DNA of 62,949 nt, filler included, from Candidatus Rokuibacteriota bacterium (lineage in GTDB: Bacteria > JAUVQV01 > DATDCY01), in assembly GCA_031406795.1 (NCBI GenBank). It is 4 parts of 4 records of this genome, joined end to end, with 100 filler letters (N's around TTAATTAATTAA, not from the genome) between each part and the next. Parts side by side here need not be neighbours in the genome. Positions count along the whole stretch, not along the records: positions 1 to 21,514 come from JANOHV010000235.1; 3 more parts are not named here. One strand, written 5' to 3'. Position numbers and translations under genes: made by a program. Positions within the stretch are counted from its first letter, which is position 1. The number at the start of each line of letters is the position of its first letter. Shown here in pieces: positions 1-8,113 of this stretch. The notes under the pieces are model-generated. The model had not been told where the DNA came from. It saw only the letters and a program-made list of their open reading frames with translations, and searched no databases.

Positions 1-646
1 GGGTCGCCATCAGGGCGGGCGCCACGTTCGACACGACCGAGATCACCCCCTTGCCGCCGATGGCCAGCAGCGGCAGCACCGTGAAGTCGTCGCCCGAGAT
101 CACGGCGATCCGCTCGCCGCACAACTCGATGATCCGGCTCGCCTGGCGCAAATCGGCGGTGGCCTCCTTGATGGCGACGATGTTCGGAAACTGCATCAGC
201 CGCGCAACCGTCTCCGGGAGAAGGTTGACCCCCGTACGGCCCGGGACATTGTAGAGCACGATCGGGATGTCGACTCGCTCGGCAATGTGGGCATAGTGGC
301 GGAAGAGCCCCTCCTGCGTCGGCTTGTTGTAATACGGCGTGATCAGCAGTGCCGCATCGGCGCCGGCCTGCTTGGCGTGGCGGGTCAGCCGCAGCGCCTC
401 GCGGGTGGAGTTCGAACCGGCGCCGGCGATCACGGGCACGCGGCCGGCCGCGGCCGCGATGCAGACATCGACGACGTGGTCGTGCTCCTCGTGCGAGAGC
501 GTCGGGGACTCGCCCGTGGTGCCGCACGGCACGAGGGCGTCCGTGCCGGCGCCGATCTGGGACTCGATGAGTTCGCGGTACGCCTTCTCGTCGAACTCGC
601 CGTCGCGAAACGGCGTGACCAGCGCGGTCATGGAACCTGAAAACAT
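1..646 (-). CDS. dapA: 4-hydroxy-tetrahydrodipicolinate synthase (3' end runs off the window)
   Basis: Minus strand reads MFSGSMTALVTPFRDG...PCGTTGES...YNVPGRTG...AIKEA. GGAG lies upstream and the gene follows dapF. It is not in the ORF track because it is truncated. Confidence 0.95.
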   Translation of the reverse strand, partial: MFSGSMTALVTPFRDGEFDEKAYRELIESQIGAGTDALVPCGTTGESPTLSHEEHDHVVDVCIAAAAGRVPVIAGAGSNSTREALRLTRHAKQAGADAALLITPYYNKPTQEGLFRHYAHIAERVDIPIVLYNVPGRTGVNLLPETVARLMQFPNIVAIKEATADLRQASRIIELCGERIAVISGDDFTVLPLLAIGGKGVISVVSNVAPALMAT

Positions 647-648
647 CG

Positions 649-1518
649 TCATACTCCTCTGGTTCTTTTCGTTGCCGTCCTGCGCCGCGGCGCGGGCACG
701 GGAGGTTCTTCCCAGGTCCGGCCCTCGAAGACCACATCGGCCTTCCCCTCGAGGAAGACCTCGCCAAACTCACCGCCGCGGCGGCGGAAGTGCACCAGCA
801 GTTCCTCGCCGCCGCTGGTCGTCACCGTGACCGGGCTCTTGACGAGGCCGGCCGCGGCCGCAACCAGCGCGGTCGCGACAGAACCGGTGCCGCAGGCCAT
901 GGTCTCGGCTTCCACCCCGCGCTCGTACGTGCGGACCCGCAGGCGTCGCGGCCCCTCGACGCGGAAGAAGTTGACGTTCGCCCCGGCCGGGCCGAACGCC
1001 GGGTCGTGCCTCAGCGCGCGGCCCCACGCGGCGACCGGGGTCTGCTCGAGCGCCGCGGCCTGCACGACCGCGTGCGGCACGCCGACCACGAGAAAGCCGG
1101 GATCCAAGCTGCGGCCATCGACCTCGACGGCCACCCGCTCGCGGAACCCCGACGGCAGCGGCAACTGGAGCTTGACCCGGTCGCCCCTGACCTCGGCGTG
1201 GATCAGCCCCGCGCCGGTCATGAAGCACATCCGGGCCGCGGCGATCCCCTTGAGAAACGCGAAGCGCGCGGCGCAGCGCCCGCCGTTGCCGCACATCGCG
1301 GCCTCGCTCCCGTCGGCGTTGTAGAAACGCCAGGAGAAATCCGCCTCGCGCGAGCGCTCGACGAGAATCAGCCCGTCAGCGCCGACCGAGAAACCGCGCG
1401 CGCACAGGCGACGGGCCAGGTCCGCGCCGGCGCCGGCGGCAACGACCCCGCGGCGGTTGTCGACGAGGATGAAGTCGTTGCCGCTCCCGCTCATCTTCCA
1501 GAACGAAAGGCGCGCCAT
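649..1518 (-). CDS. dapF: diaminopimelate epimerase
   Basis: C-terminal part of ORF 649..3240: KMSGSGNDF, MCGNGGRC, ERGVEAETMACGTG. ATG at 1518. Confidence 0.95.
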   Translation of the reverse strand: MARLSFWKMSGSGNDFILVDNRRGVVAAGAGADLARRLCARGFSVGADGLILVERSREADFSWRFYNADGSEAAMCGNGGRCAARFAFLKGIAAARMCFMTGAGLIHAEVRGDRVKLQLPLPSGFRERVAVEVDGRSLDPGFLVVGVPHAVVQAAALEQTPVAAWGRALRHDPAFGPAGANVNFFRVEGPRRLRVRTYERGVEAETMACGTGSVATALVAAAAGLVKSPVTVTTSGGEELLVHFRRRGGEFGEVFLEGKADVVFEGRTWEEPPVPAPRRRTATKRTRGV

Positions 1519-1544
1519 GGCGTTGCTCGTGCGGTGCTCCGGCG

Positions 1545-2822
1545 TCACCGGGCGTCCGGCGCCCGGAAGACGAGCGCGACGGCGTCGCCTTCGCCGCGCA
1601 CCAGGTCCTCGTAGGACTCGCGCTCGCGGATGACGCTGTAGGAACCCTCGCGCACCAGCACCTCGGCGGCGCGAGGCCGGGAATTGTAGTTCGACGACAT
1701 CGCGAACCCGTACGCGCCGGCCGAGAGGACGGCGACGCACGCGCCCGGCGGCACTGCCGGCAGCTCGCGGTCCTTGGCGAGGAAGTCGCCGGACTCGCAG
1801 ATCGGCCCGACGACATCCATGGCGCGATGCGCCCCGGCGGTCCTGGTCAGCGGGACGATCCGGTGGAAGGAACCGTAGAGGCTCGGCCGTATCAGGTCGT
1901 TCATCCCGGCGTCCACGACGAGGAAGCTCTTCGCGCTGGTGTCCTTGCGGTAGATGACCCGGGTGATCAGCGCCCCGGCGTTGCCGACGATGACGCGTCC
2001 CGGCTCGGTGATGATCGTCGCCTCCAGGCTCTTGAGCACCGGGAGGATCTCGGCCGAGAAGTGTTTCGGCTCGGGCGGCTCCTCCTGGTTGTAGCTGATG
2101 CCGAGCCCGCCGCCGATGTCGACGTAGCGCAGGTCGGCCCCCAGGCCGCGCACCTGGCGCACCAGGTCGGCGATCTTCTCGACCGCCTCGCGAAAGGGTC
2201 CGACCTGGGTGATCTGCGAGCCGATGTGGCAGTGGATGCCGACGACATCGAGATGCCCGAGTTTCAGCGCCGCGCGATAGGTCTCGAGGATGCGCCCGGC
2301 CTCGATGCCGAACTTGCTCTCCTTGAGCCCCGTGGCGATGTACTTGTGCGTCAGTGGGTCGATCGCCGGGTTGACGCGCAGCGCGACCGGCGCCCGCAGG
2401 CCGAGGCTTCCGGCGGTGCGGTCGATCTGCTCGAGCTCCTCGAGCGATTCGACGTTGAACATCAGGATCCCGGCGCGCAGCGCCTCGGCAATCTCGCGCT
2501 CGGTCTTGCCGACGCCGGCGTAGACGATCTTCTTCGGATCCGTCCCCGCGCGCACCGCACGGAAGAGTTCGCCGCCGGAGACCACGTCCATCCCCGCGCC
2601 CCAACCGGCGAGCAGGCCGAGGACGGCGATGTTCGAGTTGGCCTTGACCGCGTAGCAGGTCAGGTGCGGGATGCCGGCGAAGGCGGTGTCGAAGGCGGCG
2701 AAGTGCCGCTCGAGCGTTGCGTGGCTGTACACGTAGAGCGGCGTGCCGCACGCGCCGGCAAGCGCACGAAGGTTGACCCCCTCGCACCAGAGTTCGTCGT
2801 CGCGTTCGTGAAAGTGGTTCAT
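1545..2822 (-). CDS. lysA: diaminopimelate decarboxylase
   Basis: YAVKAN PLP lysine, HIGSQ, DIGGG, EPGR, GPICESGD and SSNYN motifs. Confidence 0.96.
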   Translation of the reverse strand: MNHFHERDDELWCEGVNLRALAGACGTPLYVYSHATLERHFAAFDTAFAGIPHLTCYAVKANSNIAVLGLLAGWGAGMDVVSGGELFRAVRAGTDPKKIVYAGVGKTEREIAEALRAGILMFNVESLEELEQIDRTAGSLGLRAPVALRVNPAIDPLTHKYIATGLKESKFGIEAGRILETYRAALKLGHLDVVGIHCHIGSQITQVGPFREAVEKIADLVRQVRGLGADLRYVDIGGGLGISYNQEEPPEPKHFSAEILPVLKSLEATIITEPGRVIVGNAGALITRVIYRKDTSAKSFLVVDAGMNDLIRPSLYGSFHRIVPLTRTAGAHRAMDVVGPICESGDFLAKDRELPAVPPGACVAVLSAGAYGFAMSSNYNSRPRAAEVLVREGSYSVIRERESYEDLVRGEGDAVALVFRAPDAR

Positions 2823-2879
2823 GATAGAGGCAAAGTAGGTACCACGACGCGCGCGGAGTGTCAAGAAAACGGGGGCTGG

Positions 2880-3209
2880 CTAATGATGGTGCCCGCCGGG
2901 GACATGACCTCCGGCACAGACATAGTGGAGAGCATCCCCACCCACCGCCGTCAACGTCCCGTCCGGCCCTTCCCCGAGATAGGCCCCCTGCCCGGCCGTG
3001 AGAAGCACCTCCTCGCCGCCGAGGATCAGGTTTCCGCTTCCGGCAATGACCAGGAAGATCTCCTCGTGCCCGTGTCCCGCCCGCAGCGGCACCGTCTGCC
3101 CGGGCGCGACTTCGTTGTAGACCAGGTAGGTCGTCCTGCTGCCGACGACGGTCGGTCCGACGATGAATTCCCCGTCCCGGGGGTGGTCCTTGATCGTGAA
3201 GCGCTTCAT
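2880..3209 (-). CDS. small cupin-domain protein
   Basis: GHGHEEIFLVIAGSG cupin motif. GGAGG RBS. Confidence 0.75.
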   Translation of the reverse strand: MKRFTIKDHPRDGEFIVGPTVVGSRTTYLVYNEVAPGQTVPLRAGHGHEEIFLVIAGSGNLILGGEEVLLTAGQGAYLGEGPDGTLTAVGGDALHYVCAGGHVPGGHHH

Positions 3210-3236
3210 GCCTTCCTCCTGTTCGCCGGTGCCCGT

Positions 3237-3875
3237 TCACGCGAGCTTATGGTACCCCAATCCCGGGTCGTCCACGTCGCGCCCGGAGAGGACCGAGTTG
3301 GGCGACTCGGCCGCCACCGCCGAGCCGGGGCGGGCGCGGGCGTCCTTCTCCTTGATGAGCAGCCAGTTGTTCCGCTTCCCGGCGAAGCGGGTGCGGACCA
3401 GCGCGAAGCCTCCCGCGAGTTTCTCGCCCGCGATCTCGATCTTCACCGCACCTTTCTCGAGCATCGTCTCGAAGCTCTCCTCGCCATGCGGCCGAAACGT
3501 ACCGCGGTCCCAGACAATGACGCTGCCCGCCCCGTATTCGCCCTCCGGGATCGCGCCCTCGAAGCCGGCGTAGTCCAGCGGATGGTCTTCGACTTCAACG
3601 GCGAGGCGCCGGTCGGCCGGGTCGAGGCTTGGCCCCTTCGGAACGGCCCAGCTCTTGAGGACGCCGCCGGATTCCAGGCGCAGATCGTAGTGCAGGTGTC
3701 CGGCGTGGTGCTTCTGGATGACGTAGATGCGATCCGTGCCGGGTGTCGCCGCGGGGACTCCCCCGGCCCCGGAGGGCTCGGCGGTCTTCGTGAAGTCGCG
3801 CTTGGCGTGGTAACGACCGAGGCCGGCGCCTGGCTCTGGGGGGAGGGCCTGCGACTTCTTCTTCGCGGGACTCAT
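3237..3875 (-). CDS. stand-alone LigD-type 3'-phosphoesterase domain protein
   Basis: KRDFTKTAEP, IQKHHAGHLHYDLRLE, SWAVPKGPSLDP, EDHPLDY and YGAGSVIVWDRG match the LigD PE domain. Confidence 0.9.
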   Translation of the reverse strand: MSPAKKKSQALPPEPGAGLGRYHAKRDFTKTAEPSGAGGVPAATPGTDRIYVIQKHHAGHLHYDLRLESGGVLKSWAVPKGPSLDPADRRLAVEVEDHPLDYAGFEGAIPEGEYGAGSVIVWDRGTFRPHGEESFETMLEKGAVKIEIAGEKLAGGFALVRTRFAGKRNNWLLIKEKDARARPGSAVAAESPNSVLSGRDVDDPGLGYHKLA

Positions 3876-3946
3876 GCCGGGCAGGATGACACACCGGAAC
3901 CTGCCCGGCAAGCGTCCCTGCGATCGCGCGGAATACCTTTTCTCGG

Positions 3947-4072
3947 GCAGGCGGCTCAAAAAGGTCCAGGTTGCAAGGCGGGCGAGCCCGGAGGAGTGAG
4001 GCGTACTCCAGTACGCCGCAGCGACGAGGGGCGAAGCCCAACGCCGCAGATGGGCCTTTTTCAGCCGCCTGC
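3947..4072 (-). repeat. rod-like dispersed repeat, family A, copy 1
   Basis: About 22-bp terminal inverted repeat (GCAGGCGGCTcAAAAAGGTCCA...TGGGCCTTTTTcAGCCGCCTGC) and central hairpin GGCGTAC-N4-GTACGCC. Similar to 28533-28657 and 41852-41970. Confidence 0.9.
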
Positions 4073-4073
4073 G

Positions 4074-4454
4074 CTAGCGCGGAAGCAGGGTGGCGAGGAG
4101 GTGCCCGGCCCAGACCGCCGCCAGCCCGAGAACGACCTGCCCGCAGGCGTTCGCCGCCGCGAGCGCGGTCTCGCCGACCCGCACCAGGAAAAACGTCTCG
4201 TAGCCATACGCGGAAAAGGTCGTGAATCCGCCGAGAAAACCGGTGATCAGAAAGAGGCGTTGCTCGAGGCTGAACACCCCGCGCGCCTCGGCGAGACCCG
4301 TCAGGAAACCGATCAGCAGGCAGCCGGTCGTGTTCACCGCGAGCGTCCCCCACGGGAAGTGCGCGTATCTCGTCGCGGACTGGACCGCACCGCTCGCCAG
4401 ATAGCGCAGCATCGAACCGAGAAACCCGCCGGCGCCGACCAGGAGCAGCTTCAT
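4074..4454 (-). CDS. crcB: fluoride efflux channel CrcB/FluC
   Basis: GGFLGSMLRY, FPWGTLAVN and TGFLGGFTTFS signature motifs. Confidence 0.95.
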   Translation of the reverse strand: MKLLLVGAGGFLGSMLRYLASGAVQSATRYAHFPWGTLAVNTTGCLLIGFLTGLAEARGVFSLEQRLFLITGFLGGFTTFSAYGYETFFLVRVGETALAAANACGQVVLGLAAVWAGHLLATLLPR

Positions 4455-5614
4455 CACGGGGCCGCCCCTTCCGCTGCGGGAGGCCGCGGGGCGAAAACGC
4501 GGCAGTAGCGCTCCTTGAGCTCCGCCAGCGCCGGGAAGATCCGCACGAATCGAGCCTCTTCCGGCAGCGGCTCCTGGCGCAGACAGCGGTCGCGGAAGTA
4601 CCGCCGCACGAACGCTTCGGCCTCGAGGTTTTCCGGCTGGAGGCGCGAGGCATGTTCGAGAGACGCGAGCGCCTCCCGGTGATCGCCGCGCGCGAGCGCC
4701 ACCATGCCCAGTCCCCAGGCACCCCACCCCTCAGCCGGGATCCGGTCCCCCAGCGCGCGAAAAGTCCGTTCGGCGGCGTCGAGATCCCCCTTGAGCAAGA
4801 TCAGGTTGCCGATGAGATAGCGCAAGTCGCCGCGGTTGATCGTCTCCGGGCTGACCTGCCTGGCCAGTTGCTCGGCCTCGGCGGCGCTGCCGAGCGCCAG
4901 CGAGAGGCGCGCCACCATGATCGGTCCCTCCAGCGAGGCCGGGTCGGCCGCCGCCGATCTTCGAAAGGCCTCGCGGGCCCGGTCCAGATCCCCCTTGGCG
5001 ATGAACTGCCGGCCGAGGTTCGCCAGGGTGCGTGCCTCCTCCTGCGGGCCGGAGAGCACTTCGGTTACCACGGCCGGGGGAACCGCCAGGCCCAGAGCCT
5101 TCCTGATCTGCTCTTCGAGTTCATCACGGAGCGTTTCCGGGTAGCCCGGCAGAACGTACGCGATCCGCCCGCCGGCGTCGAGAAGGACTTCGGTCGGGTG
5201 CGCCATGACGCCCCAGGCCGCGAAGGTCTTCAACCCCTCGTCCAGCAGGACCGGGAACGGCAGATCCCGCGCGGCGGCATATTCGCGGATCGCCGCCTTC
5301 TGCGCGGCCCCGAGGTTTTCGCCGTCGATGTTGATCGCGACGATCCGCAGGCCCTTCGGCCCGTACGTGGCCGCGTGACGCTTGAAATCGTCGAACATCT
5401 CCGCAGAGCGCGGACTCCAGGTCGACCAGAAGAGGACGACCGCAGCGGCGTCGGCGAGCGCGTCCGAGCCCACCCGCCTGCCGGAGAGGTCGGCGAGCGC
5501 GAAGCGCGGGGGCGCATCGCCGGGCCGCAGGCTCATCAGGGCGCCCGCGCCCTGCGGCAGCGCCAGCGCCAGTGCCAGTGCGGTCAGCGATGCGACAAGC
5601 GTTTTCCGTCTCAT
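4454..5614 (-). CDS. exported TlpA/redoxin-fold protein (SxxS instead of CxxC) with C-terminal TPR repeats
   Basis: Signal peptide, then PGDAPPRFALADL, FWSTWSPRS and HPTEVLLD, followed by TPR-like helices. Confidence 0.8.
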   Translation of the reverse strand: MRRKTLVASLTALALALALPQGAGALMSLRPGDAPPRFALADLSGRRVGSDALADAAAVVLFWSTWSPRSAEMFDDFKRHAATYGPKGLRIVAINIDGENLGAAQKAAIREYAAARDLPFPVLLDEGLKTFAAWGVMAHPTEVLLDAGGRIAYVLPGYPETLRDELEEQIRKALGLAVPPAVVTEVLSGPQEEARTLANLGRQFIAKGDLDRAREAFRRSAAADPASLEGPIMVARLSLALGSAAEAEQLARQVSPETINRGDLRYLIGNLILLKGDLDAAERTFRALGDRIPAEGWGAWGLGMVALARGDHREALASLEHASRLQPENLEAEAFVRRYFRDRCLRQEPLPEEARFVRIFPALAELKERYCRVFAPRPPAAEGAAP

Positions 5615-5722
5615 GGCCCTTGAGTCTACCCCCGCAGTCGCGTTGACTTCAACTCCTGCCGCACCTACGATGCCGGGCGGGGACCACGACAGGGACGACA
5701 GAAGACGGGAAGACCAAGCGCC

Positions 5723-5977
5723 ATGACGACCGCACCACCGCCGGCTGCGCCGACCGACACGACGCGCGTCGTGCTGCGGCTCGCGCCGGCGCAAATCGTC
5801 GATCTGCACTGTGTCATCGAGGGGTACGACGATCTGGCGGTCCTGCGCACGCTCGATGCCGCCGCCGGACTCGTCGAGATCCTCGTCTCCCCGGGCTCCG
5901 AGGAGGAGTTCGAGAACCTGCGTCTGGCGCTCTGCCGCGAGAGCCTGCCGACAACCCGCATCGAGGGGGAAACCTGA
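5723..5977 (+). CDS. DUF4911-like small protein
   Basis: IEGYDDLAVLRTLD...G.V motif. Stop overlaps the tldD start. Confidence 0.7.
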   Translation: MTTAPPPAAPTDTTRVVLRLAPAQIVDLHCVIEGYDDLAVLRTLDAAAGLVEILVSPGSEEEFENLRLALCRESLPTTRIEGET

Positions 5978-7359
5978 TGACCGCCGACCCGACGCTCGCC
6001 CGGCTCGCGCGCCGCGGCGCCGACTTCGCCGAGTTCTTCGAGGAGCGCTCCTCCTCGCTGCTGGTACATCTGGAAGACGGCCGCGTCCAGAAAGTCCTCC
6101 AGGGGGACGAATCGGGACTCGGGTTGCGCGTGCTCGCCGGCGACCAGACGTTCTACACCTACTCTCAGCGCCTCGGGGCGGCCTCCGGGCGCGCGCTCGC
6201 CGTGGAACTCGGGCGGGTGAGCGGCGCGCGCGCCGTCGGCGCGAAGCGCCACCGGTATCTGCGCGTGGGCCCCGCACCGGCGCCGGCGAGACGCCGCATC
6301 GCGGCCCCGGTGCCGACCGTCCTCACGACTCTGGTGCGGCGCGTCGACCGCCTCGTGCGCGCCGTCAGCCCCGCGATCCGCCAGGTGATCATCGCCGGCC
6401 GCGAGCGACGCCAGCAGGTGCGTATCGCCAACTCGCTCGGCGAGAGCGCGCGCGATCGGCGCATCGCCTCGGTCTGGATGGTGCAGGTGGTCGCCGCCGA
6501 CGGCGCCGTGATCCAGACCGGCTACGAGACCGCGGGCGGCAGCACCGGGCTCGGCGCGTTCCCTTCCGACACGCTCGAGCGCATCGGGTTGGAGGCGGCG
6601 CGCCGCGCGGTGCAGATGCTCTCGGCGCGACCGGCCCCCGGCGGCCGGATGACGGTCGTGCTCTCCTCCGAGGCGGGTGGAACGATGATCCACGAGGCGG
6701 TCGGCCACGGTCTCGAGGCGGATCTCGCGCAGGAGGGCTTTTCGGTGTACGCGAAGAAACGCGGCAGGCGCATCGCCAGCCCGCTCGTTTCGGTCGTCGA
6801 CGACCCGACACTCTGCGGCGCGCGCGGCAGTTACACCGTGGACGACGAGGGGGTCCCGGCCGAGCGCACGCTGCTCGTGGAGCGCGGCGTGCTGCGCACG
6901 TACCTGTTCGACCGTCTCAGCGCCGCCAAGGACGGACGCGCGAGCAACGGCCACGGACGGCGCCAGTCGTACCACCAGCGGCCGATCCCGCGGATGTCCA
7001 ACACGATGATCCTCCCCGGCGGCGACGACCCCGCGAAGATTCTCAGGGAAGTCAGGCAGGGCCTCCTGGTCAGGAAGATGGGCGGCGGCCAGGTCAACAC
7101 CGTCAACGGCGATTTCGTCTTCGAGGTCACCGAAGGCTACCGGATCGAGGGCGGCGAGGTCGCGTATCCGGTGCGCGGCGCGACGCTCGTCGGCAACGGC
7201 CCCGAGGTGCTGCGACAGATCGACCGCGTCGGCACGGACCTGGGCTTCGCGCTGGGCACCTGCGGCAAGGGCGGCCAGGGGGTCCCGGTCTCGGACGCCC
7301 AGCCGACGATCCGCATTCCGGAACTGACCGTCGGAGGCACGGAATCCGGCACGAAATAA
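5977..7359 (+). CDS. tldD: TldD-family metalloprotease subunit
   Basis: HEAVGH zinc motif, DDEG, PRMSNT and CGKGGQ. Confidence 0.93.
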   Translation: MTADPTLARLARRGADFAEFFEERSSSLLVHLEDGRVQKVLQGDESGLGLRVLAGDQTFYTYSQRLGAASGRALAVELGRVSGARAVGAKRHRYLRVGPAPAPARRRIAAPVPTVLTTLVRRVDRLVRAVSPAIRQVIIAGRERRQQVRIANSLGESARDRRIASVWMVQVVAADGAVIQTGYETAGGSTGLGAFPSDTLERIGLEAARRAVQMLSARPAPGGRMTVVLSSEAGGTMIHEAVGHGLEADLAQEGFSVYAKKRGRRIASPLVSVVDDPTLCGARGSYTVDDEGVPAERTLLVERGVLRTYLFDRLSAAKDGRASNGHGRRQSYHQRPIPRMSNTMILPGGDDPAKILREVRQGLLVRKMGGGQVNTVNGDFVFEVTEGYRIEGGEVAYPVRGATLVGNGPEVLRQIDRVGTDLGFALGTCGKGGQGVPVSDAQPTIRIPELTVGGTESGTK

Positions 7360-7360
7360 G

Positions 7361-7427
7361 GAGGGAATCAACCCCGCCCCGACAACGGCCGCGCGCTCTC
7401 GCAGGGGAAGGGTTCACCCCCTCCCGC
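7361..7427. repeat. degenerate REP-like pair (family C)
   Basis: GGGAATCAACCCCGCCCCGAC and GCAGGGGAAGGGTTCACCCCCTCCCG resemble GTAGGGGCGGGGTTGATCCCCGCCCG at 45069. Confidence 0.65.
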
Positions 7428-7433
7428 GGCACT

Positions 7434-7673
7434 TTAACCTACCTTTTCGCGCAGCCACTCCTGTATCAGGGAATCCTCGCTCCGGTGCGCCTTGCGGGCT
7501 GCATCCTGGATCTTCCGGAAAAGCTTCAACTCGACGCCGATGTACTTGCGCTTCGGAATACTGACCTTGAGATCCACCACTTCGGTCGCCCCGGCGGATT
7601 CGAAGAGATCGTGAGTATCGAAGAAATCCCCGGCCTCCGCGAGTGTCAGATTCTTCCCCTTACTTTTTTTCAT
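7434..7673 (-). CDS. putative antitoxin (BrnA/CopG-like)
   Basis: 79 aa with a FFDTHDL motif and an RHH-like C-terminus (LIQEWLREK). Overlaps the upstream toxin gene. Confidence 0.75.
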   Translation of the reverse strand: MKKSKGKNLTLAEAGDFFDTHDLFESAGATEVVDLKVSIPKRKYIGVELKLFRKIQDAARKAHRSEDSLIQEWLREKVG

Positions 7674-7950
7674 GGCGCCTGCGCTCCCTTTGGTTCATCT
7701 CCCGCGCGGTGACGATCAAGGCCCTGTTGACAGCTTTCCTGATAAAGAACACGGAAAGCCGGCGCCCAGCCTTCGTCTCACCGAAGGCATTATACAGGTC
7801 CTCACCCTCGACTGTCCCGCTCTCCCACCGAAAAATCCGGCAGCGCCCTTTGAGGACTTCCTCAACCTCGTTGGGGAGAACAGCGTGCTTCCAGGCGAGC
7901 TTCTCAACAACCGGATCCAACCATACGATCTCAGTGATTCTGTTTGGCAC
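7660..7950 (-). CDS. putative BrnT-family toxin
   Basis: KLAWKHAV...EVEEV...FGETKAGRRL...VTAREM...ERRR pattern of BrnT/DUF497. Confidence 0.8.
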   Translation of the reverse strand: MPNRITEIVWLDPVVEKLAWKHAVLPNEVEEVLKGRCRIFRWESGTVEGEDLYNAFGETKAGRRLSVFFIRKAVNRALIVTAREMNQRERRRHEKK

Positions 7951-8113
7951 GTCATACTTCCTTCAGGTATCCGAATAACCTCTCAACTTCCGCCTCGGTG
8001 CGGATCGTCTTGTGGAATACCTGGTGCTTCCACGTCTGTCTTGCCTCAATCGGACTCAGTGCCGCCCTTTCGGGACTTATCGGCAGAAGTGTAGCGAGGC
8101 GGGACGTGAAAGT

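Noticed and set aside
649-3240. 863-aa ORF as a DapF fusion, and the many other long Arg/Ala/Pro-rich ORFs (e.g. 1827..4508, 17755..20202, 50815..53100)
   Set aside because: These are shadow or off-frame ORFs typical of high-GC DNA, and they overlap genes with clear motifs.
4455-4560. Fluoride riboswitch upstream of crcB
   Set aside because: The crcB start overlaps the upstream stop, so there is no leader, and I saw no riboswitch motif.
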